Positions 1 through 9,888 of a stretch of 64,000 nucleotides of DNA are shown here, piece by piece. The notes under the pieces were generated by a model, which was not told the origin of the DNA, did no database searches, and was given only the letters and a program-made list of their open reading frames with translations. The stretch lies in the NCBI GenBank assembly GCA_918797485.1, contig CAKKNE010000005.1, forward strand, positions 2,976,001-3,040,000, in the 5' to 3' direction. The stretch is from Pelagomonas calceolata (lineage: Eukaryota). Position numbers and translations under genes: made by a program. Numbering within the stretch: position 1 is the stretch's first letter; each line of letters opens with the position of its first letter.

Positions 1-915
1 GTCGCCCCCGGCACGGAGGTGGGCAGGGTCGCGCCCTGGGTCTGCCGGCGGTTCGGATTTCGAGGCTCGGGCCGGACCATATCGCAACCACCACCCTCTG
101 TGTTTGTCGGAGCCGGCGACAACCCGTCGACGGCGGCCGGTTTAGGTCTCGCGGCGCCGGGCGACGTCGCTTTGTCTTTAGGTACGTCTGATACCTTCAT
201 GGCCGTGTCTCGGGAAGCCAGCCCGCGCTTAGAGGGCCACGTGTTTGCGAGCTGCACTCAACCGGGCGAGTTCCTGGCCCTACTGTGCTACGCGAACGGC
301 GGTCCGAGTCGAGAACGTATCAAGAGGGACCTGCTGGGCCCCAAGGCCTCGTGGGATGAATTTGGGAGAGCTTTGAAACGGGCCCCGCCCGGGAACGGCG
401 GTATCCTCGGCCTCGAGCTGGCCAACGCGGAGATCACGCCCGTCATATCCCGGACGGGCCGGTTCTTCGTGGATCAAGGCGATCGCGTTTTGAGATTAGG
501 CGACGGTCAGGCCGACCCCTCGTCGATCGCCTGCCGCGCGGTCGTGGAAGGGAGGTTCCTCTCGATGCGCGGGCGCGGCGCGGCGTTGGGCGTGGATGCT
601 AGTGAAGGCCGCGTCCTGGCGGCCGGCGGCGCCGCGAAGTCGCCGGAGATCGTCCAGGTCGCCGCCGACGTGCTGGGCGCGCCGGTCTACGCCGCGGACG
701 TGCCCGACGCGGCCGCGCTCGGGGCGGCGTTCCGCGCGGCCCACGGCGCCGCGGGCGCGGGCGCGTCTTTCGATGCGTTCCTGTCGTCGCACGGCGCCGG
801 CGCGTCGTCCCTCGACGTCGTCGCGCGGCCGCGCCACGCGGAGCTATACACGCCCGACGTCGTGGCGCGGTATTTGAGGCTTGAAGATGACGTGGCGCGG
901 GGTAAATGGGGGTAG
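1..915 (+). CDS. XYLB: Xylulokinase (FGGY kinase), 3' part; 5' end lies outside the window
   Basis: GDNPSTAAG, SLGTSDT, LLCYANGG..RE, RAVVEGRFLS and AGGAAKS are motifs of eukaryotic xylulokinase. Confidence 0.85.
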   Translation, partial: VAPGTEVGRVAPWVCRRFGFRGSGRTISQPPPSVFVGAGDNPSTAAGLGLAAPGDVALSLGTSDTFMAVSREASPRLEGHVFASCTQPGEFLALLCYANGGPSRERIKRDLLGPKASWDEFGRALKRAPPGNGGILGLELANAEITPVISRTGRFFVDQGDRVLRLGDGQADPSSIACRAVVEGRFLSMRGRGAALGVDASEGRVLAAGGAAKSPEIVQVAADVLGAPVYAADVPDAAALGAAFRAAHGAAGAGASFDAFLSSHGAGASSLDVVARPRHAELYTPDVVARYLRLEDDVARGKWG

Positions 916-932
916 TTGATTTGTCTTTTTTT

Positions 933-955
933 TCTAGTGTCTTAGTGCCGCTACC
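933..955 (-). promoter_or_regulatory. 24-bp intergenic motif, variant copy
   Basis: Reverse complement GGTAGCGGCACTAAGACACTAGA, ~115 bp upstream of the ilvD ATG. Confidence 0.55.
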
Positions 956-1069
956 TAAACTTTGCCGTCAAAGTGCAAGCAGCTTTGTTACCGCGCACGA
1001 GTGCACTGGCTGCGGATTAGTGGGTTTGAACGGCTGCATTTTATACCACAATTCGGTGTACGCGTCGAA

Positions 1070-2860
1070 ATGCGCAGCGTCGCACGCCTCCGACGCGCCA
1101 GAGCACCACATGTGAGGAGGCGCTTCAGAGACGGCGCGGGCGTCGACGCCTACGTCCAGCCCCAGGCCGTCGATGCGAGCAAGCCGAACCGGTATAGTGC
1201 GACGCTGACGGCCCACGCGAGAAGGGGCGGCGCCCAGGCCATGCTCGTGCCGTGCGGCGTCGACAGCGAGAAGCTCGCGCAGCCGCAGATTGGTGTGGCA
1301 TCTATATGGTGGGAGGGCAATCCTTGTAATATGCACTTGTTGGATCTGTCAGAACTTGTGAAGACTTCCCTGGAGCAGCAGGATCTCGTAGCGCTACGGT
1401 ACAACGCGGTGGGCGTCTCCGACGCGATCTCCATGGGCACGGGGGGGATGCGCTACTCGTTGCAGTCCAGGGACCTCATAGCGGACAGTGTGGAGACCGT
1501 CGCCGCCGCACAATTTTATGATGGTGTCGTCACGATCGCGGGCTGTGATAAAAATATGCCGGGTTGTGTGATGGGCATGGGTAGGTTGAATAGGCCCTCA
1601 CTGATGATTTATGGCGGGAGTATCAGGAGGGGTAAGTTACCCTCGGACGGGCGGAAGATCAACATCGTCGACGCGTTCGAAGGTTATGGTAAGCTTGTGG
1701 CTGGTACGATCACACCGCAGGAACGCGCCGAAACTATTCAATGCGCCTGTCCCGGGGCCGGTGCGTGTGGCGGCATGTACACGGCGAACACCATGGGGAC
1801 ACTCACGGAGGCCATGGGGCTGTCGTTACCTTACTCCGCGTGTACGCCGGCCGACGCGAAGGCCGCAGAATGTGCCGCCGTCGGTGCTGTGATCAAGCAT
1901 ATGGTCGAGATCGATCTCAAACCGAGAGACATCCTCACGAAAAAATCGTTGCACAACGCCATCGCCGTCGCTTCCTGTGTGGGTGGCTCGACGAACGCGG
2001 TACTCCACTTACTAGCTATAGCTAGGGCGTTCGGCGTCGACGATTTCGGGTATGAAGATTTCGAGACAGTAAGACGAAAAGCCCCAGTCCTGTGCGACAT
2101 GAAGCCCTGGGGGGCCAATCTCATGGAAGACTTGCACGATGTGGGTGGGGTGCCCGGGGTGTTGAAACGCATGCTGAGCGACGGGATTCTGCCGCATCCC
2201 GAAGCCTTGACGGTGTCGGGCCAGTCACTAGGTGATGTCTTGGACCAGTGTGCGCCGCTGCACGCAGATCAAAATATCATGAGGGCTTTAAACGATCCGA
2301 TCAAGGCCGAGGGCCACTTGACGGTGTTGCATGGTTCTCTAGCTCCAGACGGCGCCGTGGGGAAAATAACGGGCAAGGAGGGCATGGTCTTCGAGGGCCC
2401 CGCACTGGTCTACGACTCCGAGCCGGAGATGTTGGATGGACTCGACGCGGGCGAGATCACGCCCGGCGTCGTGATTGTCATAAGGTATAGCGGTCCGAAG
2501 GGCGGGCCGGGCATGCCCGAGATGCTTACACCTACCTCCGCTTTGGTGGGGGCTGGTTTATCTACCTCTGTGGCGCTGCTGACGGATGGACGGTTCTCGG
2601 GCGGCACGCACGGTTTCTGTATTGGTCATGTCGCACCAGAAGCGGTGGAAGGAGGACCCATCGCCTTCGTGAAGACGGGCGACCGTTTAATAATAGACGC
2701 GGCGAACCGGCGCATCGACCACGACATCTCCGACGCCGAGCTCGCGCGGCGGAAGGAGGGGTGGGCGCCGCCGCCGCCGCGCGTGACGCGCGGCGTGCTG
2801 GCGAACTACTACAAGTCCGTCGCGTCGCCGAAGCACGGGTGCGTGACGGATATGATTTAA
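1070..2860 (+). CDS. ilvD: Dihydroxy-acid dehydratase with N-terminal organellar presequence
   Basis: [43 protein letters not shown] and TDGRFSGG motifs; ATG at 1070 followed by an Arg-rich leader. Confidence 0.95.
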   Translation: MRSVARLRRARAPHVRRRFRDGAGVDAYVQPQAVDASKPNRYSATLTAHARRGGAQAMLVPCGVDSEKLAQPQIGVASIWWEGNPCNMHLLDLSELVKTSLEQQDLVALRYNAVGVSDAISMGTGGMRYSLQSRDLIADSVETVAAAQFYDGVVTIAGCDKNMPGCVMGMGRLNRPSLMIYGGSIRRGKLPSDGRKINIVDAFEGYGKLVAGTITPQERAETIQCACPGAGACGGMYTANTMGTLTEAMGLSLPYSACTPADAKAAECAAVGAVIKHMVEIDLKPRDILTKKSLHNAIAVASCVGGSTNAVLHLLAIARAFGVDDFGYEDFETVRRKAPVLCDMKPWGANLMEDLHDVGGVPGVLKRMLSDGILPHPEALTVSGQSLGDVLDQCAPLHADQNIMRALNDPIKAEGHLTVLHGSLAPDGAVGKITGKEGMVFEGPALVYDSEPEMLDGLDAGEITPGVVIVIRYSGPKGGPGMPEMLTPTSALVGAGLSTSVALLTDGRFSGGTHGFCIGHVAPEAVEGGPIAFVKTGDRLIIDAANRRIDHDISDAELARRKEGWAPPPPRVTRGVLANYYKSVASPKHGCVTDMI

Positions 2861-2910
2861 TTATTTGTCTTAGGAACGATGGGGCGACGGGGACGAAGGG
2901 AGGTGCCGCT

Positions 2911-3969
2911 TCACGCGAGGACCCGCTCGGTCAACGCCTTGCACCGCAGCGGGCACTGGATGACGACGCGGCGCCGCGACCGCGTCAGGGTCTGGCCCTG
3001 GAAAACGGCCAGTCGCCCCATGCACTCCTCGCACATCGCGTGGCCGCAGACGAGCGTCACCGTCGTGGAGTCGAAGCAGATCGCGCAGGGGACGCCCGCG
3101 TCCTCTTCGCGGCGGCGCTTGCGCGGCGCCCTCTTCTTCGGAACTAACTTGCCGTCGACAACCGGGTTCGCGCGGCGCTGACGTTGGACGGCCGGAGGAA
3201 GAGCCTGGATCGCCGCGTTGACTGCAAGCGCCGCCAACTCCTGGTCGTCGAAGAGGCCGAGGTAGCATTTATTGCCGTTCGCGTCCTGATAGCCCGCCTC
3301 CCACTTCCCCGCATGCTTATTCCAGCACACGCCCCAAAACTTGGACGTCGCCTCCTTAGGTCCGTCGGACGGCTTCGGTACTCCGACCATGTGCACGACC
3401 CCGCTCCCCGCGAAGTCGACGACACCTATCCCGATCAACGGGTCGTGCAAATCGTTCGAGAGCCAGCCGTCCCGGCTCCAGGACCAGTGGGCCACGACGG
3501 GGTAGACGAACGCTGTCAGAGCGGCGCTATAACCCGCGTAGGCTCGCAGGTGGCATCGTTCCGCGACAGCACCGGAGACGATGGTCGCGGCGGTCGCGGC
3601 GAAGGCGAACTGGAAGAACCAGTTCTCGTAGCCTGTGGTATTTTCGACGCCGCCCGACAGAAAAAAATACTTCGTCCCGATGAAGGCGTTGCCCCGCGAC
3701 CGTCGGGACGGGTCCCCGTACGCAAACGCGTAGCCCGTCGCCCAGAAGCCCATGGCGCCGACGCACGTATCTACTAAATTCTTCAGCAGGATGTTCTGCG
3801 CGTTCTTGGCTCTTACGGAGCCAGCACACAACATGGCGAAGCCGCACTGCATGAGGAAGACGAGGACGCCGTTGAAGATCATCCAGTGGACATTTTGAGA
3901 ACTGGCGCCGCCGTAGTGTTCGTCCAAGTAGACGATCTGCGCGTCGTCGAAGGCGGGCGGGTCGCTCAT
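2911..3969 (-). CDS. Chimeric ORF: N-terminal half of an AMT1 ammonium transporter fused to an AP2 domain, a basic NLS and a RING finger
   Basis: LVFLMQCGFAML, FFQFAFAATAATIVSGAVAER and DFAGSGVVHMVG, then SKFWGVCWNK..KWEA..YLGLF, then CAIC..CGH..CEEC..CP, all in one open frame. Confidence 0.8.
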   Translation of the reverse strand: MSDPPAFDDAQIVYLDEHYGGASSQNVHWMIFNGVLVFLMQCGFAMLCAGSVRAKNAQNILLKNLVDTCVGAMGFWATGYAFAYGDPSRRSRGNAFIGTKYFFLSGGVENTTGYENWFFQFAFAATAATIVSGAVAERCHLRAYAGYSAALTAFVYPVVAHWSWSRDGWLSNDLHDPLIGIGVVDFAGSGVVHMVGVPKPSDGPKEATSKFWGVCWNKHAGKWEAGYQDANGNKCYLGLFDDQELAALAVNAAIQALPPAVQRQRRANPVVDGKLVPKKRAPRKRRREEDAGVPCAICFDSTTVTLVCGHAMCEECMGRLAVFQGQTLTRSRRRVVIQCPLRCKALTERVLA

Positions 3970-3991
3970 TGTTTTTGCCACACGGTTATTT

Positions 3992-4105
3992 ATTGTTCTG
4001 GCGCGTCGGCGGCGGCGCGTCGGTGTACTTTCCGGTGTGGAATTACCTGATTGTTTTGGCGCGTCGGCGGCGTCGCGTCGGTACTTTCCGGTGTGGAATT
4101 ACCTG
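3992..4105. repeat. ~57-bp imperfect tandem duplication upstream of the AMT chimera
   Basis: attgtt(c/t)tggcgcgtcggcggcg...tactttccggtgtggaattacctg occurs twice (3992-4049, 4050-4105). Confidence 0.9.
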
Positions 4106-4297
4106 TTAATCACCGGAGGGTCACCTGTATGAGCTGATTTTAGCTAATCTGGCCGCCGCGATTCTGGCGCGTCTTGGCGGCGCCGCGCCGACCGCTCGCG
4201 TAACCCTTTCACTGGTGGCTTGCCCGCAAGACACCTCGGGCGCCCCGCGGTCGCAGAGTGTGGTTAATTGACTTCAAGTGCCGAGAGGCAAAGCGAT

Positions 4298-4321
4298 GCT
4301 AGCGGCCTGTAAGACACTAGC
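4298..4321 (+). promoter_or_regulatory. 24-bp intergenic motif GCTAGCGGCCTGTAAGACACTAGC
   Basis: Exact consensus copy between divergent genes. Confidence 0.65.
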
Positions 4322-4413
4322 ACGCACTCTCAACTTTGGGGAGCCGGATTAGCATTGTTTTGCGCACGAGAGCAAGCAACGGACTGCACAATTCGTACAA
4401 CTGAACCTCCAAC

Positions 4414-5373
4414 ATGATGCGCGCAACATTACGTGCAACTCGTGCCCTCAGAGGTGCCAGGCATCACACACCCTTGGCTCATGGACAACAAGCATCCGCG
4501 GCAAAACGCCTTCTGGCGGGCGCAGGACTCGCCACCGGCGCTGCGGCCTGCTACGCGACCGCGCAAAGCACGGCGACGTGCGAGTCCGCCGCCGCCGCGA
4601 AGACGCGTTTCGACGAAAAAGGATTCGGCTCGCCGTCTTTTAAAGGCGATGTGGTCATCGTGACGGGCGGCACGACGGGCATCGGCGCGGCCTGCTGCGC
4701 GCACCTCGCGAAGGCGGGCGGCGTCGTCTACAACATTGATTTCAAAAAGCCTGCATCAGACGTGGCGGGCGTCACGCACCTGCAATGCGATGTCAGTGAT
4801 GTGGCGCAAGTGAAACGCGCGGTCGGGGCCGTCGTAAAGGCGCACGGGCGCGTCGACGTCCTGGTGTCGAACGCGGGCGTCTGGCACGGCGGCGACTTCG
4901 AGAAGACGTCGGAACGGGACTTCGATAAGGTGATTGGCGTGAACCTGAAGGGTACGTTCTTTGGTATCCAGGCCGCGGTGCCCGCCATGCTCGACCACGG
5001 CGGCTCCATCGTGATCATCGGCAGCGACCAGTCGTTGATAGGGAAGCCGGAGCAGCATTTGTACGGGTGCACGAAGGGCGCCATCGCGCAGCTGTCCAAG
5101 TCGCTCGCGGCGCACTACGCGCCGAAAGGCGTCCGCTTCAACTGCATCTGCCCCGGCACGATCGACACGCCGCTCATGCACGGCGCGGTCCAGGACTTCG
5201 TGAAGCAGAAGGGCGCGAACGCCCAGGAATTATACACGTGGCTCGAGACGGCGCAGCCGCTGCCGCGGCTGGGCCGGCCCGAGGAGGTCGCCGCGCTCGT
5301 CGCGTGCGTGGCCAAGATCCCCTTCTGTGTCGGGTCGATGATTTCTGTGGATGGGGGCTACACGGCGCAGTAG
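4414..5373 (+). CDS. Short-chain dehydrogenase/reductase, probable mitochondrial presequence
   Basis: TGGTTGIG, NAG, YGCTK and ICPGTIDT motifs. Confidence 0.9.
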   Translation: MMRATLRATRALRGARHHTPLAHGQQASAAKRLLAGAGLATGAAACYATAQSTATCESAAAAKTRFDEKGFGSPSFKGDVVIVTGGTTGIGAACCAHLAKAGGVVYNIDFKKPASDVAGVTHLQCDVSDVAQVKRAVGAVVKAHGRVDVLVSNAGVWHGGDFEKTSERDFDKVIGVNLKGTFFGIQAAVPAMLDHGGSIVIIGSDQSLIGKPEQHLYGCTKGAIAQLSKSLAAHYAPKGVRFNCICPGTIDTPLMHGAVQDFVKQKGANAQELYTWLETAQPLPRLGRPEEVAALVACVAKIPFCVGSMISVDGGYTAQ

Positions 5374-5536
5374 TAGTAGTATTAAGAACGATAATTCGTG
5401 CTCAACCGGTACGTGATGGCTCAAACGTTGCCCCTCACGGTGCAGTAGTAGAGTAGTGTTACTAGTAAGGACGATTCGATTCGTGGGCGGGGTCGTGGTC
5501 GGTACCGAAGCCTCAGGTCCGAAGGTGCGTCATGGC

Positions 5537-5995
5537 TCAGACGTTGTCCTCGGGCACGACTACGATTGTGTCCGGATCCCTCACGGGAATGACCTTGGTC
5601 TTCGGCGTCTTCGGCGTCCCGACGGAGCCGCCGGTGATCTGCTCGTCGAGGCCGCGGTGGCCGCGCATGCTCGCCCTTCGGAGCGAATGCGGCGAGTGCG
5701 GGCTGTGCGCGTGCCAGGCCTGCGTCCGCGCGCGCACGGCGCTCTGGAGGATGAAGTGGCCGAGCGCCCGGAATAAACAAGCGACGACGAGCATGCCGAC
5801 GGCTATTGCGATGAACGTGACGACGTAATCGCCCGTCGTCGGCCCGCCATCGTCGTCGTAATCCCAACTGCTGTCTCGCGGCTTATATGTTGGTCGTGGC
5901 GTCGGCTGTTGAGCCAAGGTCAGCTGAGAAGTGGCTAAAACAAAGCTCGCGAGTCGAGCGGCGCCGTGACTTCGTGGTGGCCGTATCCTCGTCAT
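5537..5995 (-). CDS. Hypothetical single-pass membrane protein
   Basis: Signal-like N-terminus plus a hydrophobic segment YVVTFIAIAVGMLVVACLF. Confidence 0.55.
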   Translation of the reverse strand: MTRIRPPRSHGAARLASFVLATSQLTLAQQPTPRPTYKPRDSSWDYDDDGGPTTGDYVVTFIAIAVGMLVVACLFRALGHFILQSAVRARTQAWHAHSPHSPHSLRRASMRGHRGLDEQITGGSVGTPKTPKTKVIPVRDPDTIVVVPEDNV

Positions 5996-6380
5996 TCCAG
6001 AAATTATTATTACTGATCAGGCGAGTCCGCCGTCTCTCGGGCGTCGCGCTGAGTGGATTTCCCGCTGCGGAGCCGCTGCTCGGGCCCATTTTCACCATAT
6101 TCGGGCCGGGAGGCGTGCGCGAAACTCTCGTCGGGGAAGCCCGGCAGGAATACTCTGTCCTTGGCAGACGCCAAAAACCCGTCTGCGCTCTCCTTTGAGA
6201 ACCTGGCCCAACTGGCCAAGCAACCCATCGACGGCGTCCTCGCCCTAAGGGCTGCCCAGCGACGACGGTTGTGCCCCCCGCGATACCTGCTCTCGTCGGA
6301 GGCAGATCTGTGGAGCTGTCGTACGAGTTACAGCTTGGTTCTGCTGGGGGTGGTGCATTTGCTCGAGCCGAGGAGGCGGC

Positions 6381-6593
6381 ATGGCGACAGCAGTGGTCAA
6401 AGCAGAGCAGGCAGAGATCACAACCTGCAAATGCGGCAAGCCCGTGACGTTCGAAGCCGTGCCCTGCGGCTGCCGATTGGCGTGCGACAAGTGCGCGATG
6501 AAGCTCGCGTCCGGCGGCAAGTGCCGCCACTGCAAGGAGTGGTACGGCGGCTTGCGCCGCATTGTAAGCGGCGCGCCGTCGCAGGAGCGATAG
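6381..6593 (+). CDS. Small RING-like zinc-finger protein (70 aa)
   Basis: CKC..PCGC..CDKC..CRHC Cys pattern. Confidence 0.65.
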   Translation: MATAVVKAEQAEITTCKCGKPVTFEAVPCGCRLACDKCAMKLASGGKCRHCKEWYGGLRRIVSGAPSQER

Positions 6594-6692
6594 CGTCGGC
6601 TTTCGCGCGTGTGCTTTGTGTTTCCAACCGCGTTCGTCCGTGCTCGATGACTTTTACCACGCCCTCGCCGCGACGGAGTAAGTCGATCATAC

Positions 6693-6945
6693 TTTTAATA
6701 CCGGCATTATACTTCACCTCGATCCGTGCGGTCGCTGAAATTTTTTTATTATATCTAGTGCCCGTTTTAGATACCTTTTAGTACTACCGTGACTAGGCAG
6801 TCAGTAGTAGCAAAAGATATGTAAAACGGGGCTCGGGAATTTTTTTAATACGGCCACTATACTTCACCTCGATCGTGCGGTCGCTGATATTTTTTTGCTT
6901 TATTCTAGTGCCAGTTTAAAATCCCCTGCCCTAGTACTAACTAGT
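6693..6945. repeat. ~150-bp-period imperfect AT-rich tandem duplication between convergent genes
   Basis: tatacttcacctcgatc(c)gtgcggtcgctga..tttttt..tctagtgcc near 6708 and 6858. Confidence 0.8.
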
Positions 6946-7087
6946 AACCGCGGACCGAGGAATTTTTTGACCATGCTCCAGAATCGCCCGGCACGCTGCG
7001 CCGGGTCGGCGGAGTTAAAACTACGTTGAGGCGAGACTTATACGCCCCGGGGAAAACAAAGAGGGGAGACGGGCGGCGCGTCGGCTT

Positions 7088-9217
7088 TTAATCGACCTGC
7101 TCCATGGTCGACTCCTCGTCGAGGCCGTCCTCCTCGAGGGGCGGGAGGTCGTCCATGTCCGCGTCGAGGTCGTCCTCGTCGTCGTCGATCGAGAGACCGA
7201 GCTTGATGAGGCGGTGGATACGCGACGCGAAGGTCGACGGCTCGTCGAGCGAGAAGCCCGACGTCAAGAGCGACGTGTCGTAGAGCAGCCAGATGAGGTC
7301 CTTGACCGTCTTGTCCGACTGGTCGGCCTCGGCCTTGTCGCGGAGCGACTTGACGATGGGGTTCAGGGGGTTGATCTCCATGGTCTTCTTCGACGACATG
7401 TAGGCCGACGACGACGAGTCGCGCAGGGCCTGGGCCTTCATGATGCGCTCCATGTTCGCGGACCAGCCGTACTCGCCCGTGACGAGGACGCACGGCGAGT
7501 CGGCGAGGCGCGTCGAGACGACGACCTTGTCGACCTTGTCGTCGAGGACCTCCTTCATGAGCTTGCAGAGGCCCTCGGTGGCGGCCTTGGCCTCCTCGAG
7601 CTCCTTCTTCTCCTCCTCGGTCTCCTCCATCTTGAGGCCCTCCTTCGTGGCCGAGAGGAGCTTCTTGCCCTCGTACTCCTTGAGCTGCTGGACGCAGTAC
7701 TCGTCCATGGGGTCGGTCATGAAGACGACCTCGTAGCCCTTCTTCTTGAGCTTCTCGAGGAAGGGCGACGTCTCGACGGCGCGCTTCGACTCGCCGGTCA
7801 CGTAGTAGATGCCCGGCTGGTTGTCCGACATGCGCGCGACGTAGTCGTCGAGCGACGTCTGCTCCTCGCCCGACTTCGTCGTGTGGTATCTCAACAACTT
7901 GGCGATCTTCGCGCGGTTCGTCGAGTCCTCGTGGACGCCGAGCTTCAAATTCTTGTTGAAGGCCTCGTAGAACTTCTTGTACTTGTCCTCGTCCTCCGCG
8001 ATCTCGTTGAAGAGCTCGATGGACTTCTTGACCAAATTCTTCTTGATGACCTTGAGGATCTTGTTCTGCTGCAGCGTCTCGCGCGAGATGTTGAGCGGGA
8101 GGTCCTCGGAATCAACAATACCCTTGACAAACGTCAGGAACTCGGGCATGAGGTCCTCGCAGTTGTCCATGATGAAGACGCGGCGCACGTACAGCTTGAT
8201 GTTGTTGAACTTCTTCTTGTTGCCGCCCTCGAACATGTCGAAGGGCGCGCGGCGCGGCACGAAGAGCACCGAGCGGAACTCGAGCTGGCCCTCGACCGAG
8301 AAGTGCTTGACCGCGGCGTGGTCCTCCCAGTCGTTCGTGAGCGACTTGTAGAAGGCGGCGTACTCCTCCTGCGTCACCTCGTCGGGCTTGCGCATCCAGA
8401 TGGGCTTCTGGCCGTTGAGGTGGTCCCACTCGTGCGTCACCTCCTTGATCTTCTTCGTCTTCTTCTCCTTCTTCGTCTCGGCCTCGTCGACGTCCTCGAC
8501 CTTCGGGGCGTCGTCGTCCTCGTCGCCCTCCTCCTCGTCGTCATCGTCGTCGTCCGTGACCTCCTTCTCCTGCGTCTTCTCGACGTAGAGCTTGATCGGG
8601 AAGCCGACGAACTCCGAGTGCTTCTTCACGAGGTCCTTGAGGCGGCGCTCCTCGAGGTACTCGGCCATGTCCTCCTTCATCGTGAGGACGATGCGCGTGC
8701 CGCGGCCGATGCGCTTGGCCTCGGGCGCGTCCGGCGACACCGTGAACGAGCCGCCGGCCGCGGACTCCCACGTGTACTGCTCGTCGTCGTTCGACTTGGA
8801 CGTGACGACGACCTTCTCCGCGACGAGGTACGCGGAGTAGAAGCCGACGCCGAACTGGCCGATCATGGAGATGTCCGCGCCGGCCTGGAGCGCCTCCATG
8901 AAGGCCTTCGTGCCGGACTTGGCGATCGTGCCGAGGTTGTTGATGAGGTCGGCCTTGGTCATGCCGATGCCCGTGTCGACGATGGTCAAGGTGTTGTTGG
9001 CCTTGTCGGGCACGATGTGGATCTCGAGGTTCGGCTCGGCGTCGAGGACCGACGCGTCCGTGAGCGACTGGTAGCGGATCTTGTCGAGCGCATCGGAGGC
9101 GTTCGAGATGAGCTCGCGGAGGAAGATCTCCTTGTTCGAGTAGAACGTGTTGATGATCAGCGAGAGGAGCTGGTTGATGTCGGCCGAGAAGGCGAAGGTC
9201 TCGACCTCGGCGGCCAT
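7088..9217 (-). CDS. HSP90: Cytosolic heat shock protein 90
   Basis: [22 protein letters not shown] and [10 protein letters not shown] motifs; C-terminal MEQVD; very high GC3. Confidence 0.99.
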   Translation of the reverse strand: MAAEVETFAFSADINQLLSLIINTFYSNKEIFLRELISNASDALDKIRYQSLTDASVLDAEPNLEIHIVPDKANNTLTIVDTGIGMTKADLINNLGTIAKSGTKAFMEALQAGADISMIGQFGVGFYSAYLVAEKVVVTSKSNDDEQYTWESAAGGSFTVSPDAPEAKRIGRGTRIVLTMKEDMAEYLEERRLKDLVKKHSEFVGFPIKLYVEKTQEKEVTDDDDDDEEEGDEDDDAPKVEDVDEAETKKEKKTKKIKEVTHEWDHLNGQKPIWMRKPDEVTQEEYAAFYKSLTNDWEDHAAVKHFSVEGQLEFRSVLFVPRRAPFDMFEGGNKKKFNNIKLYVRRVFIMDNCEDLMPEFLTFVKGIVDSEDLPLNISRETLQQNKILKVIKKNLVKKSIELFNEIAEDEDKYKKFYEAFNKNLKLGVHEDSTNRAKIAKLLRYHTTKSGEEQTSLDDYVARMSDNQPGIYYVTGESKRAVETSPFLEKLKKKGYEVVFMTDPMDEYCVQQLKEYEGKKLLSATKEGLKMEETEEEKKELEEAKAATEGLCKLMKEVLDDKVDKVVVSTRLADSPCVLVTGEYGWSANMERIMKAQALRDSSSSAYMSSKKTMEINPLNPIVKSLRDKAEADQSDKTVKDLIWLLYDTSLLTSGFSLDEPSTFASRIHRLIKLGLSIDDDEDDLDADMDDLPPLEEDGLDEESTMEQVD

Positions 9218-9888
9218 TTTTGTAAGTTTTTTTGTCTGCGGGGGGGGGTGGGGTGAGTCGGTCGGCGGTTAGCTGGGCGCGACGCGATGTTGTGTGTTTG
9301 TCACAGCGTGCACGCAGCGAGCCCGCGCCGCCTTTGTGAAACGGCTGCGGCTCTTAGAGGTGCCTTAACTTTGAATCGCAGCGTCGAGCGGCGGGATTTG
9401 TTTGGCGCCACAGCAGATGGTGGTGAAACGGGTCCCCCGAGGCCGCGCGGATCGCGGAATTTGCCGCGGCGGCGCCGCACGGGTGCGGGCGAAGTGCTGC
9501 AGGCTTGGTTACGTTGGAGATGGACTCTGCGGGCGTACCACTGGCTACAAAGGCGAGTGCGCGATAGAGATGTCGAAATCGAGAGAGCAAAATCATACTA
9601 GCATAATCAGGATCCAAAACCATCATTTCCTTCGTCTCAGGGCGTCCGGAGCGCTACGCAAAGCACCCCTGCGCCAAAGAAAGGTGGCCGCGGCGCGCTC
9701 CGCAGTGGCTGCCCCTCCAGCGCCAGGCTCCGCAAAATAGCAGGCTGCAGAAGAGGCACAAACGCGCCCAGGCGCCACCAGCGATCCGCACCGCATCGCT
9801 CTGGGACCCTCTGCAGCGCGGGCAGCGAAGCCGTCTCCTCGGGTAGCCCACAGGGTGTTGCACAGAGCGCATTGCTGTGCAACACAAC

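Noticed and set aside
7088..7105. HSP90 ending MEQVD instead of MEEVD
   Set aside because: A known variant in protist cytosolic HSP90s; not informative
7214..9256. 680-aa ORF antisense to HSP90, and many similar long overlapping ORFs
   Set aside because: Shadow frames produced by extreme GC3 bias; no independent protein motifs
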